A stretch of 33,000 bases of DNA from Iphione sp. A-MEVVRFRX5 (taxonomy: Eukaryota): contig OZ320316.1 of assembly GCA_976226885.1 (NCBI GenBank), forward strand, positions 88,784,001 through 88,817,000, in the 5' to 3' direction. The notes below the pieces were generated by a model. The model was given only the letters and a program-made list of their open reading frames with translations. It was not told where the DNA came from and ran no database searches. How positions within the stretch are numbered: position 1 is the stretch's first letter; the number at the start of each line of letters is the position of its first letter. The translations under genes were made by a program, and so were the position numbers. This document shows positions 32,501 to 33,000 of this stretch, in pieces.

Positions 32501-33000
32501 TGGAGAAAAGCAGCCAGACATCATTGAAATCATAAAGGATTAGTCTCAATGAGGGATTCAGTACGCTACAGCTGTAATATAATGCCTCCCCAGCAGGTAC
32601 CTCAATTGTTGGCATTTGAAAATACTCAGAATTTCAATTGAAAAGCTATTGTAGCCACCTTTGTTCAGATTGTATGTTGAACGTTTTGTCCAGGTTCACC
32701 ATTCACGATAAAATGGCATGATTTAATTAAACAGTACAGGCTGCTCAACAGGCTTTTAACTGCCTCTGGACCGTCCATAGGCTTATCGATCGCTTATGAT
32801 TGATAATTGTCAATGTAGAGTCAGATAGCGTTTCATAGATTTCATTAAATTTTAGCACAAAACGAGATTTTATTTAAGTAACCTGTTTTCCTTGAATTTT
32901 AGTAAAATACTCTGGAGTACCATGGAGAAGCAGTTGCATGATATTTTAAGATGACCTAGATCTAGCTTGATTGTAAGTATTCCTGGGTCAATGTCTTTCG

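Noticed and set aside
818-32615. The supplied 60-141 aa ORFs as stand-alone genes
   Set aside because: No recognisable domains, many non-ATG starts, overlaps in several frames and Cys/Ile/Phe/Tyr-rich compositions typical of translated AT-rich non-coding DNA.

Overview
AT-rich, apparently non-coding eukaryotic DNA, most consistent with an invertebrate metazoan genome. That is an inference from the patchwork of CpG-rich and CpG-depleted blocks, GT-AG splice signals, MITEs, (AT)n/(TTC)n microsatellites and a repeated TACATGTA octamer. None of the ORFs in the supplied track resembles a protein family I recognise. I see no prokaryotic-style gene array, CRISPR array, rRNA or intact tRNA. Best-supported features: a 326-bp PIF/Harbinger-type MITE with a TTA target-site duplication (16456-16781), an interrupted Tc1/mariner(pogo)-like MITE (4492-5590) holding a 31-bp minisatellite and a ~57-bp duplication, a diverged ~440-bp tandem unit at the left end, a two-copy low-complexity repeat, and several microsatellites and palindromes. 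Leads worth a second look: two splice-site-bounded, coding-like + strand exons whose frames are each broken by one lesion (8061-8349; 24298-24455, frame set by a C12 run), a CpG-decayed Penelope-type hammerhead remnant, a 1.2-kb CpG-free tract and a partial HDV-ribozyme-like fold. I found no convincing complete novel system. All counts are by hand.
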